Below the pieces are notes generated by a model. That model had not been told where the DNA came from, did not search any database, and saw only the letters and a program-made list of their open reading frames with translations. A stretch of DNA of 64,000 nucleotides from Leucoraja erinacea (taxonomy: Eukaryota): contig NC_073414.1 of assembly GCF_028641065.1 (NCBI RefSeq), positions 8,246,001-8,310,000 of the forward strand, read 5' to 3'. A program made the translations under genes and the position numbers. Positions 49,073 to 60,663 of this stretch are shown in pieces; the first letter of the stretch is position 1; each line of letters opens with the position of its first letter.

Positions 49073-50000
49073 TTAGTATTTTATTGCATATCCTTTGCAT
49101 GCAATGACTGCTTGAAGTCTGTGATTCATGGACATCACCAGTTGCTGGGTGTCTTCTCTGGTGATGCTCTGCCAGGCCTGTATTGCAGCCACCTTTAGCT
49201 TATGCTTGTTTTGGGGACTAGTCCCCTTCAGTTTTCTCTTCAGCATATAAAAAAACATGCTCAATTGGGTTCAGATCAGGTGATTGACTTGGCCACTCAA
49301 GAATTTATCATTTTGTAGCTTTAGCAGTATGTTTGTGATCATTGAACCACTAGCCAATGAGTTTTGAGGCATTTGTTTGAACTTGAGTAGATAGGATGTG
49401 TCCATACACTTCAGAATTCATTATGCTACTGCCATCAGCAGTTGTATCATCAATGAAGATAAGTGAGCCAGTGCCTTCAGCAGCCATACATGTCCAGGCC
49501 ATATCACCTCCACCACCAGCGTGTTTCACAGATGTTATGCTTTGGATCTTGGGCAGTTCCTTCTCTCCTCCATACTTTGCTCTTGCCATCACTCTGATAT
49601 AAGTTAATCTTCGTCTCATCTATCCACAAGACATTTTTCCAGGTCATCCTATTTTTGCAGCTAACCAGTGGTTTGCATCTTGCAGTGTAGCCTCTGTATT
49701 TCTGTTCATGAAGTCCACACCTGACTCCTGAAGAGTGGTTTCGATCTGTTGGACAAGTGTTTGGTGATTTTTCTTTATTATAGAAATAATTCTTCTGTCA
49801 TCAGCTGCGGAGGTCTTCCTTGGCCTGCCAGTCCCCTTGCAATTCACAAGCTCACCAGTGCTCTCTTTCTTCTCAATGATGTTCCAAACAGTTGATTTTG
49901 GTAAGCCTATGGTTTGGCTGATGTCTCTAACAGATTTATTCTTGTTTCTCAGTCTCATAATGGTATCTTTGACTTTCATTGGCACAACTTTGGCCCTCAT
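49073..50000 (-). pseudogene. Tc1 transposase pseudogene
   Basis: Fragments 'MRAKVVPMKVKDTIMRL..ISQTIGLPKSTVWNII..GRPRKTS', '[20 protein letters not shown]' and 'QAWQSI..LVMSMNHRLQAVIACKGYAIKY' lie in different frames. Confidence 0.88.
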
Positions 50001-50899
50001 GTTGATAAACAGCAATAAAAGTTTCCAAAGGTGATGGAAAGACTGGAGGAAAGACTAGGTGCTGAGAGCTCTCTTATACCTGCATTAAGGAGGCATTTAA
50101 ACACACCTGAGCAATTACAAACGCCTGTGAAGCCATGTGTCCCAAACATTATGGTGCCCTGAAATGGGGGGACTATGTTTAAACACAGCTGTAATTTCTA
50201 TATGGTGAAATAAAAATGTATAAAAATGGCCTTTATTGAAATGCCCGTCGGAAACCAGCACCACTGGGTCACAAATGTTTTGAACGATTTAATAATAATA
50301 ATAATAATAATAATTTATTAAAATCTATCAATGTGTACTTTAACCACATGTGATTTTTTTTTTCTATTACAAATCTCAAATTGTGGAGTACAGAGGCACA
50401 TAAATAAATGACGGGTCTTTGTCCCAAACATTATGGAGGGCGCTGTAAGTCTGAAAAACAGCAAAGAAATTCAGACCTGAAAAAACTGGTTCGCCTGCTC
50501 CGATCGCGGGAGAATAAAGAGGAAAGAAGTTGGACTTTATTGCCTTCCATCACAGTGAGGAACGTGAGGAATACGCTGTGATGGATGTTTATTTAACTTT
50601 TATGTAGTTCAAAGGTTTCAAATGTCTTTTATTGTCACGTGTACCAATTAAGGTACTGTGGCGGCTTTTGTGCCTCTGGTTCTGGGGGGGGGGGTCCTGT
50701 GGCGGCTCCTAAGGGTCGTCCCATTATACTGCCGAACCCCTCGGCACAGGAGTGGTGCAGTCCGGAGGCGGTCCTTAGCCGGAGGGTATAAAAGGCAGGG
50801 TTTGGGTGCCATCTTTTCCTGGTTTCGTCTTCCCCTGAACCGGGAGGAATTAAAGTAAAGTGCTTCTCAAACTTCGGACTACTTGCCTCATTTTGAGAC

Positions 50900-51562
50900 C
50901 CACGCACTACAGTACAGTGATATGCGAATTACCATACAGCCATACTAAAAAAAACAGCAAGACACACATCTACATGAAAGTTAACATAAACATCCACCAC
51001 AGTGGATTCCCCACATTCCTCACTGTGAAGGAAGGCAATAAAGTCTAATCTTCTTCCCTCATGTTTCTCCCGCGGTCGGGACAGTTGAACCATGCATTGG
51101 GGCAGTCAAACCATGCGTCGGGGCAGTCAAACCTCCTGTGTCGGGGCAGTCGAAGTTCCTGCGGCTTGGAGTTCCCGAAGTCGGTCTCTGACCAGAGACC
51201 GCGAGCTCCATGATGTTAAAGTCCGCAGGCACCTGCGGTGAAGCTCAGAGGTCGATCCCTGGCAAAGGGATCGCGGGCTCCGGGATGTTAAAGTCCCGCC
51301 GTTGAGCTCTCGAAGTCGGTCTCCGGCAAAGGCCGCCAACTCCTCGATGTTAGGCCGCAGTGCGGTCGGAGATACGACACGGGGAAAAAAAATCACATCT
51401 CCTTTGAGGTAAGAGACTCAAAAAAGTTTCCCCCACCCCCACATAAAACAAGCTAAAAAAACACTAAAAACAGACATTTAACACCATACTAAAACAAAAA
51501 CCAACGAAGAAGAAAGGGACAGACAGACTGTTGGCGGGGCAGCCATTGCTGGCGCCACCTGG
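50900..51562 (-). mobile_element. Non-autonomous GC-rich retroelement, same family as 16218-16940
   Basis: Shared conserved block and head (...gacagactgttggcggggcagccat...ggcgccacctgg). Confidence 0.55.
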
Positions 51563-52467
51563 TTGTGTAACTTGTTGCTTTTTAAAATATTATGGCTTTA
51601 TGGTAATTCAAATTTCACTGTACCTTAATTGGTACATGTACCAATAAACTGATCTTGAAACCTTAACTTGTAGTAAGGAGAATGAATAGTGCATTTCAAA
51701 AACTAGCTTGATCAAAAATAATGGCATTTGTGGACATTAAAAACCAACGCCTCCACTTCCTTAAAAGGCTTAGGAAGTTCAGCATGTCCCCCAACAACTC
51801 TCACCAACTTCTACAGATGCACCACCGCCAGCTTTGGGAGTCAGCTCCATCCAAAACATGCACCAAACCTCAGAGAGTTGCGGAAGTAACCCAGACTTCC
51901 ACACAGACCAGCCTCCCTTCCATGGACTCCATCTACGCTACATGCTCACTGGGTAAGGCCAACAGCGTGATCAAGGACCAGTCTCACCTCGGTCATTCCA
52001 TCTTCTCCCCTCTCCCATCAGGTGGCAGATACAGACGTTTGCAAACACATACCTCCAGATTCAGGAACAGTTTCTTCCCATCAGGCAACTGAATGGTCCT
52101 CTCATCAGCTAGAGTGCGGTCCTGACTTCCCATCTATATCAGTCTGAAGATGGGTCTCGACCCGTAAGGTCACCAATTCAATCTCTCCAGAGACGCTGCC
52201 TGTCCCGCTGAGTTACTCCAGCATTTTGTGTCTATCCTCCCATCTGCCTCTTTGGAAACATTTAAGCTTCATTGAAATGGACTTTATCGTACTTCATTGT
52301 TATATCTTGGCACTAAATGTTGTATCATTTGACTGTGCACTGTGTACAGCTGGTTGTGTACATGTAGTCTTTTCTCTGCCCGGACAGTACACATACAAAA
52401 TGGTTTTCACTGTATCTTGGTACACGATACAATAATAAACTAAACTAAATATCCAGACCAGACTAAA

Positions 52468-52920
52468 TATCTTCGCCCAACACCTTCGCTCAGTTCGCAA
52501 TAACCAACCTGATCTCCCGGTGGCTCAGCACTTCAACTCCCCCTCCCATTCCGAATCCGACCTTCCTGTCCTGGGCCTCCTCCATGGCCAGAGTGAGGCC
52601 CACAGTAAATTGGACGAGCATCACCTCATATTTCACTTGCGTAGTTTACACCCCAGCGGTATGAACATTAACTTCTCCAATTTCAGGTAGTCCCTGCTTT
52701 CTCCCTCTTTCCCCTCCCCTTCCCAGCTCTCCCACAGCCCACTGTCTTTGCCTCTTCCTTTCTTCTTCCTGCCCCCACCACCCCCACATCAGTCTGAAGA
52801 AGGGTCTCGACCCGAAACGTCACCGTTTCCTTCGCTCCATAGATGCTGCCTCACCCGCTGAGTTTCTCCAGCATTTTTATCAACCTTAAATTTTTCCAGC
52901 ATCTGCAGTTCCTTCTTAAA
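52468..52920 (+). mobile_element. Penelope-like element 3' end
   Basis: 'F..HLRSVRNNQPDLPVAQHFNSPSHSESD...' GIY-YIG C-terminus plus terminal repeat. Confidence 0.8.
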
Positions 52921-55084
52921 TATCCAGAGTAGCTCGATTCATTATGAACATTGCTGCCTAGAATCAGAATCTACTCAAGATACGATTGCTCAGTTTGACC
53001 CGCGGACTTCGTTTCTTGAGGTTAGTAAAGTTAGTAAAGTACATTCACCAAGCCAAGATTCTCCCAGCAGATGTAGTCAGTGGCTAAACACTAAACGCTC
53101 AAAGGTAAGATGAAAGATAACTGCTGTTCTTGGAACGATTTGGTGTGCATTGAAACTTCACGTGTGTGGCCACTGAAGAAGGAAAGACAACAGCGACTAA
53201 GTGGGAGGGATGAGATTGACTGGAACAACAAGAGCTTTGCCGCACATATATATGCCACACTTGGTCAACCACAACTTGCAGCTAGATCCTTTAATATCGT
53301 AAAGGATTCAATAAATTGAATAAATAATAAATAATGGTTGACAAGTGGGGGTTAATGTTTGTCTATTGCTTTACAATTGTTTACTTATGTTTGGTTACTT
53401 AATATATGAAGTTTGTATGTGTATAATAGTTGTATGTATATATATGTCTGTAGGTATTATGGGAAATTGCCTGGGGTATTATTATTAATTAATTGCTCCA
53501 TAACAAATTTGATTTTTAAATATGGTAGAAGTGTTGGGGAAAAGTGGTGAGATTTAATAAGTTATTCTTCTTCTCACTCCTTTTCGAGCTTGTACAGACA
53601 CAGAGTTGGACATTGGAAATTTGCTTTTTGTTCTTTTCATTGCTTATAAATATTGATTGTAATGTCCAATTGTTTGATAATTTCGATTTTGTTACTATTA
53701 ATGTCTTTAATGTTTTTACTTGTTCGGAATAAATAAAATAAATAAACAAACAGATAAATAAATAAATAAATAAATGATCCACAAATAAATCAAGCAAAAT
53801 TTCACCCATTCCTTCTCTCTAGAGATGCTGCCTGTACCGCTGAGTTACTCCAGCTCAGATGGGAGATGGGTGTATGGAACAAGCTGCCAGAGGAGGTAGT
53901 AGAGGCAGAGACTATCCCAGCGTTTAAGAAACAATTAGACAGGTATATGGGTAGAACAGGTTTGGAGGGATATGGACACCGCAGACCGGTGGGACTAGTG
54001 TAGCTGGGACATGTTGGATGGTGTGGGCAAGTTGGGCAGAAGGCCCTGTTTCCGCACTGTATCGCTCCATAACAAACTGTATGGATACCGTTCTGCATTG
54101 CATCCCAATTGCTCTTCCAAATAGACACAAAATGCTGGAGTAACTCAGCGAAACAGGCGAGACTCATCTCTATCCAGAGATGCTGCCTGTCCCACTGAAT
54201 TACTCCAGCATTTTGTGTCTATCTTCGGTGTGTAACCAGCATCACGTACAGTTCCTTCCTACACAAATTACTTGTCCAAAATGCACTGTAATTCACAATG
54301 TAATACGCGAGTTTAGAAACAGGCCCTTCGGCCCACCGGGTCCGCGCCGACCAGCGACCCCCGCACATTAACGCCATCCTACACCCACTAGGGACATTTT
54401 GTTTTACATGTACCAAGCTAATTAACCTACAAACCTGTACGGCTTTGGAGTGTGGGAGGAAAATCGAAGATTTCGGAGAAACCCACAAAGATCATGGGGA
54501 GAGCGTACAAACTCCGTAAAGACAGCACCCATAGTCGGGATCAAACTCGGGTCTCCGGCGCTATCAGGCAGCAACTCCACCGTGACCGAGTTATAATCGA
54601 TGTGACATATCTGCATCTCCTGAGTTACCTTTGTCTTTCACAGCCTGGGCTCGCCGCTGACCTCTCACCCGCCGTCTCCGGCCACCATCTTAACGCTCGC
54701 TGGTCTCCACGACGAAGCCATGTCACAGTGGGAGGGGGGGGGGGGTGGGGGAACGGAGCAGCCGCACGTGCGCAGGCCCAGGCCCGGCTAGTTCCCGCTT
54801 GTCTGTCCTGCGCCTGGGATGAGGCGGGAAACCTCAGGATCTGGTGACCCGACACCAGCGCACACTCGCCCTAGTGTCACCCCCCCTCCTTGCCCCAAGA
54901 GGCTGACTGACCGCACCAATGATTCACCTTCAACCAGTCCAACTCGACAGGTCACGGCTCCCTCATCTTTTTCACTGGCACCTCCAACGGGACCCCACCA
55001 CTGGCCACATCTACCCATCTCCACCCCTCTCTGCTTTCCGCAGAGACCCCCTCCCTCCATAACTCCCAGTCCAACTCGTCCCTT

Positions 55085-55690
55085 CCCACCCAAACCAGCC
55101 CCTCCCCGGGTACTTGCCCCTGCAACCTGCGGCAGGAGATGCAACACCTGTCCCTTTACCTCCCCCTCCCTCGACTCCATCCAAGGATCTAAACAGTCTT
55201 TCCAGGTGAAGCAGAGGTTCACCACCACCTCCTCCAACCTCATCCACTGTTCTAGGTGTGGACTCCTGTATATCGGCGAGACCAAGTGCAGGCTCGGCGA
55301 TCGTTTCGCTGAACACCTCCACTCAATCCGCCTAAATCTTCTGGTGTCCCAGCACTTCAACTCCCCCTCCCATTCCCACACTGACCTTTCTGTCCTGGGC
55401 CTCCTCCACTGTCAGAGTGAGGCCCAGCGCAAATTGGAGGAATAGCACCTCGTATTTAACTTGGGTGTGAACATTGACTTCTCTAACTTCAAGTAACCCT
55501 TGCTTTCCCTCTCTCTCCATCCCCAGTTCTCCCACCTGTCTGACCGTCTCCAACTACATTCAATCTCTGTCCTGCCAACTCCCATGCCATCAGCTTGAAG
55601 AAGGGTCTCGACCCGAAACATCGCCCATTCCCTCTCTCCAGAGATGCTGCCTGTCCCGCTGAGTTACTCCAGCATTGTGTGTCTACCTGC
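55085..55690 (+). mobile_element. Penelope-like element GIY-YIG endonuclease remnant plus terminal repeat
   Basis: 'CGRRCNTCPF...SSNLIHCSRCGLLYIGETKCRLGDRFAEH', with a premature TAG at 55443. Confidence 0.85.
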
Positions 55691-55811
55691 AGAAGTCAAG
55701 GCGCCTTTCTTTCATTAAAATCGACGCGGGGGGGGGGGGGTGGAAGGTAGGAACAGGCCGCCTCACGGACAAGGTTCTAGTTTCATTCATTGTGCGGTTT
55801 TAGCAGTGGAA

Positions 55812-56492
55812 TTGGGCCTGAGGGTGACGTCACAGGGGCGGCAAGGGGGCCTGTGCGTGACGTCACAAGGGGGCAAGTGGGCCTGCGCGTGATGTCACAG
55901 GGGGGCAAGAGGGCCTGCGGGTGATGTCACAGGGGGGCAGACGGGAGGGAAGTGGGGCCTGAGCGTGATGTCACAGGGGGGCAAGAGGGCCTGAGCGTGA
56001 TGAAGAGGGCCACGTCACAGGGGGCAAGAGGGCCTGTGCGTGACGTCACAAGGGGGCAAGAGGGCCTGCGCGTGATGTCACAGGGGGCAGACGGGAGGGA
56101 AGTGGGGCCTGAGCGTGATGTCACAAGGGGGCAAGAGGGCCTGAGCGTGATGTCACAAGGGGGCAAGAGGGCCTGAGCGTGATGTCACAGGGGGGCAAGA
56201 GGGCCTGCGCGTGACCTCACAAGGGGGCGGGCCGGAGGGAAGTGGGCCTGCGCCTGACGTCACAAGGGGGCGGGCCGGAGGGGAGTGGGCCTGCGCGTGA
56301 CGTCACAAGGGGGCGGGCCGGAGGGAAGTGGGCCTGCGCGTGACGTCACAACAAGGGGGCGGGCCGGAGGGAAGTGGGGCCTGAGCGTGACGTCGCGGGG
56401 AACGGGCGGGGCGGAAATGTCCATGCGCCTGACGTCACAAAGGGCGTGGCGGCGGAAGCGGGGCCTGCGCACGACGTCACAAGGGGGCCTGG
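55812..56492 (+). repeat. GC-rich minisatellite (~31-45 bp units, core gggcctg(a/c)gcgtga(c/t)gtcaca(a)ggggg) forming the upstream region of thioredoxin-like gene 3
   Basis: About 17-18 tandem units; 7 perfect TGACGTCA and ~7 TGATGTCA. Proximal units add GGGGCGG and GGAAGT. Confidence 0.9.
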
Positions 56493-56549
56493 TTGGGCCG
56501 GGCCGGGCAGCACCGGCGGGGCGGAAGTGATCCGGACCGAGCCGAGCAC

Positions 56550-57164
56550 ATGGCGGGGGCGGGCAGCACGCTGGGCAAGCCCAAGAAGGGGCAGGGCAAG
56601 AGTGCGGAGAAGATCGCCACACAGAAGGGGCCGGCGGGCACGGCGGGAACGGCGTCGTCGACAGTGGCGGCAGCCGCGTCCCGCTCTCCCGACGCCGGCA
56701 CTTCCCGCGGCAAAGCGGGCAAAGCTCCTCCTCCGCCCAAGGCCGAGTCGCTGCCGGCCACCAAGAGCGACGAGGCGGCCAAGGCCCCGAAGGCGGCGGA
56801 GAAGACGGCGCCAGAGCCGGTGGCCAAGGCAGGGGAGGGGGTGCCGCTGAGGAAGATCAGCAGCAAGACTCAGCTGGACAAGTTCATCAAGGACGCGGGC
56901 GAGAAGCTGGTGGTCATCTTCTTCTCGGGCACCTGGTGCGAGACGTGTCAGAGCCTCAAGCCATACATGAGGGAGATGGCCCAGGTGAACACCAACGTCG
57001 TCTTCTTCTGTGAGGTGAACGTGGACGATTCGGAGGACACGGCAGAGGCTTGCGACATCGTGCACATCCCCACCTTCCAGTTCTACAAACAGGGGAAGAA
57101 AATAGCCGAGGTGCAGGATGACAACAAGGCATCGGTAGAGGACAAAATCAAGGAATTGAAGTAG
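56550..57164 (+). CDS. Intronless thioredoxin-domain protein 3 (204 aa; Lys/Ala/Pro-rich N-terminal tail, WCETC)
   Basis: C-terminal ~105 aa is colinear with TXN ('KISSKTQLDKFIKDAGEKLVVIFFSGTWCETC..LKPY..EVNVDD..CDIVHIPTFQFYKQGKKI'). Lies in a CpG-rich region. AATAAA at 57435. Confidence 0.9.
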   Translation: MAGAGSTLGKPKKGQGKSAEKIATQKGPAGTAGTASSTVAAAASRSPDAGTSRGKAGKAPPPPKAESLPATKSDEAAKAPKAAEKTAPEPVAKAGEGVPLRKISSKTQLDKFIKDAGEKLVVIFFSGTWCETCQSLKPYMREMAQVNTNVVFFCEVNVDDSEDTAEACDIVHIPTFQFYKQGKKIAEVQDDNKASVEDKIKELK

Positions 57165-58114
57165 ACGTTTCTCTTAAGTAAACACCCCCCCCCTTATATG
57201 TCATTAGAATTAATTCTGATTCAGAAACGTTCACTCGAGTGTTGCTTATTTTACGTGCAGCCAAACCCAACTACATTGAACGCTCCACAACCTCCTCTTC
57301 AAAGCATCAATGGAGTGGAACCAAACCTCCCATTAAGATTCAAGGCGAGGTGTTCGCTATACCGTGAGACTGTGCCCAAATAACTTTTTTTTCAGACATT
57401 GAGAACGTGAGAATCGGCATCGATTAGACATTGCAATAAACTGTCATTGCTCATCATAATCATTGCTTCTCTCCAAACATATTGCACAGAGAAAAGGTCA
57501 AGTTTTTCTCTTCCAAGACCGATTGGTAAAGAAAATGGTTTCTGCTTTCTTTGTCTCGCCATCTGTCACTGTACAGACCCCACTAGCAGGGTCAACATGA
57601 GGATTTCTCAACCCATCTTTTCTGTATATATTGTGTTAAATCTGCAAGGTACAGTAAATGGTGGCCAGGGCATATTAGAAAAGACATTCATTCTTTACAA
57701 TATTTCTGTGGGATTGGGTATTTTGCTACACATTACTTGTTAGATATTTATTTCCAGAGATAAATATTAAATTATTTTTTTATTGGAGATAGATAATTCA
57801 GTTTGTTCCTATCTGGAATATAAATAGAAACATCTTCGTCATATCTGATGGAAGATATTCTCATAAAATATACTCTAGATTGCATTATTATATAGTGAGG
57901 CAAGAATGGGTGAATTTGTACCATCCTCTATCCTATTATTGCATCAGTAATTAGTATGACAACATTCCTACTTAGACCAGTTTTGATTAAAGTTTTTAAT
58001 TTAAAATATTCAGATGCTTCTCTCTCGTCTGTGTGTACCAGAACTACTCCCCCTATCTTCAACTTCACACAGCAAGTTCTCATGCAGTCATAGTTTCAAT
58101 ACCTTCCATTTTAC

Positions 58115-58592
58115 AATAGACAATAGGTGCAGGAGTAGGCCATTCGGTCCTTTGAGCCAGCACCGCCATTCAATGTGATCATGGCTGATCATCCTCAATC
58201 AGTACCCCGTTCCTGCCTTCTCCCCATATCCCCTGACTCTGCTATTTTAAGAGCCCATCTAGCTCTCTATTGAAAGCATCCAGAGAACCTGCCTCCCACC
58301 ACCCTCTGAGGCAGAGAATTCCACACTCACCACTCACTGTGAGAAAAAGTGTTTACACGTCTCCGTTCTAAACGACTTACTCCTTATTCTTAAAACTGTG
58401 GTCCCTGGTTCTGGACTCCCCCAACATCGGGAACATGTTTCCCACCTAAACCCTTAACAATCTTATATGTTTCAATTAGATCCCCTCTCATCCTTCTAAA
58501 CTCCAGAGTGTACAAGCCCAGCTGCTCCATTCTCTCAGCATATGACAGTCCCGCCATCCCGGGAATTAACCTTGTAAACCTACGCTGCACTG
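58115..58592 (-). mobile_element. CR1/HER1-type LINE 3' fragment
   Basis: 'VQRRFTRLIPGMAGLSYAERMEQLGLY...' and caataga tail. Confidence 0.88.
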
Positions 58593-59268
58593 CCATTCAT
58601 CCCATGAATTCTGCTCCACCATTCGATCATGGCTGATCTATTTTTTACCCTCTCCTGCCTTCTCCCCATAACCTTTGACACCTTTATAAATCAGGACCTT
58701 GTCAATCTCTGCTTTAAATACACCCAATGACTTGGCCTCCACAGCCACCTGCGGCAACGAATTCCACAGATTTATCATCCTCTGGCTAAAGAAATTCCTC
58801 CTCAACTTGTCATTTGGACTCTTCCTTCAGTCTGCCTGTCTTTATCCATCCTTTCACTGAATGCATAAAATCTTGACTGATTTGCTACAGCCGTTTATAT
58901 TAGTCTATTTTTTAATAAAGTTTAAATTTTTTAATAATGTTTCCATCCATTGGACCTCTCTATCTTTCAGTCTGAAGAATTTCGACCTAAAAATGTCACC
59001 TCTCCCCTTTCTCCAAAGATGCTGCTGATCCACTGAGCTACTCCAGCACTTTGTGTCCGTCATCAGTATTTCCCGTCCAACTGGATTCTGATCAATTTCT
59101 CTGCCAAGAAGTAATGTTCACTATACCTGTACATCGGTAAATTTTAAGAATAGAGATTCTGTTGCCTGTAATTTCAACGATAATTGCATTAATAATGACG
59201 ATTATTGCATTTATAATCAAGTATATGTCACAGTGTGAGCATTGCTGGAAAGGCCAGTATTTAAGGGC

Positions 59269-59572
59269 CACTTAACTCGATTTTTTCAGCGACTTGCCGG
59301 CACCCGTCATAGTCGCAGCAGGTCTCCGAAAATTTCCAACCTGTTGAAAATCCAGTGGCGACCAGAAAAGGGTACGACTCTGTGGGCTGCTACTCACGAG
59401 CATACAGGCGTCACCCCGCAACATGTCACCTGTATGGTCGTGAGTAGTCGCCCAAAGAGTCGTACCTTTTTCTGGTCGCCACTGGATTTTCAACATGTTG
59501 AACATTTTCTGCCACCTGCTGCCGCGAGTATGACGTGTGCCGGCAAATTGACGAAAAAAATCACGTTAAGTG
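59269..59572. mobile_element. Palindromic MITE (Harbinger-like)
   Basis: Nearly the whole element is an imperfect inverted repeat (cacttaac...ttgccggcac ... gtgccggcaa...gttaagtg; aaaatccagtggcgaccagaaaagggtacgactc and its reverse complement). Confidence 0.75.
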
Positions 59573-59844
59573 ATTTGAAGTGGTGACAGATCCTTGAAGT
59601 GTGGCAGTTGCTTCTGAGAGTGCACCCCACCCCAGTGTTGGTGGATAGTGAGTTTGAGGATTAAGATCCAGCAATCGCCTAACGTGACAAAGTCAACGTC
59701 TTTAATAAGACTAAAGGTCTCTTCTAATTAACCATCAGCAGTGGGTTTTACTTGCACAAGGGGAGACGTGTCCCAGTCAAAGGCTGTGTGTTTAAGTCTG
59801 TCATTGTTCATACCGCTGGGGTGTAAACTACCCAAGCGAAATAT

Positions 59845-60325
59845 GAAGGTAGTTAAAAATGCTGGAGAAACTCAGTGGATGAGGCAGCATCTACGGAGTG
59901 AAGGAATAGGTGACGTTTTGGGTCGAGACCCTTCTTCAGACTGATGTGGGGGTGGGAAGAAGAAAGGAAGAGGCGGAGACAGTGGGTTGTGGGAGAGCTG
60001 GGAAGGGGAGGGGAACGAGGAAGAAAGCAGGGACTGCATGAAATTGGAGAAGTCAATGTTCATACCGCTGGGGTGTAAACTACCCAAACAAAATATGAGG
60101 TGCTGCTCCTCCAATTTACGGTGGGACGCACTCTGGCAATGGAGGAGGCCCAGGACAGAGAGGTCGGATTCGGAATGGGAGGGGGTTGAAGTGCTGAGCC
60201 ACCGAGAGATCAAGTTGGTTATTGCGAACCGAGCGGAGGTGTTGGGGGCGAAGTGATCGCCAAGCCTACGCTTGGTCTCACCGATGTAGAGCAGCTGACA
60301 CCTAGAGCAGCGGATGCAATAGATG
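59845..60325 (-). mobile_element. Penelope-like element 3' end
   Basis: Minus ORF 'SHSESDLSVLGLLHCQSASHRKLEEQHLIFCLGSLHPSGMNIDFSNF' plus terminal repeat. Confidence 0.8.
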
Positions 60326-60663
60326 ATTTATCTTAAATAAGCAAAATATGAGTGAGTTCCTCCAATTTGTGCTGGGCCTCACTCTGGCAATGTTCGTACC
60401 GCTAGGTGGGGAACTGAATCCAGGGCCAAGACCTGGAGATTCATGGTCACCATCACTGAAACCAGCCTAGAATTTAAACTCCCTGCATCTGGTATCAAAG
60501 CTCATGTCCCCAGATTATACTCAGGTTGCCGCAGCACTCAGGTTGCCGCAGCATGGCTTTCTCCCTCCTTCCCCTCCCCCTTCCCAGCTCTGCCACAAGC
60601 CTCCTGTCTCCGCCTCTTCCTTTCCTTTCCTTTTCCCGTCCCCCCCCCGGACATCAGTTTGAC

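Larger units (their letters stand above)
47957..50445 (-). mobile_element. Tc1-family DNA transposon (IR/DR type), defective
   Basis: Long TIRs cagtgccctccataatgtttgggacaaagaccc / gggtctttgtcccaaacattatggagggcgctg+TA. Inner direct repeats cataatgtttgggaca. Transposase remnants on the minus strand. Confidence 0.9.

Noticed and set aside
55812-56492. Regularly spaced repeats resembling a CRISPR array
   Set aside because: Eukaryotic context, no unique spacers and no cas genes; it is a minisatellite.
56550-56580. N-myristoylation signal in MAGAGSTLGK
   Set aside because: Residue 2 is Ala, not Gly. The upstream ORF-track start at 56493 is a non-ATG codon.
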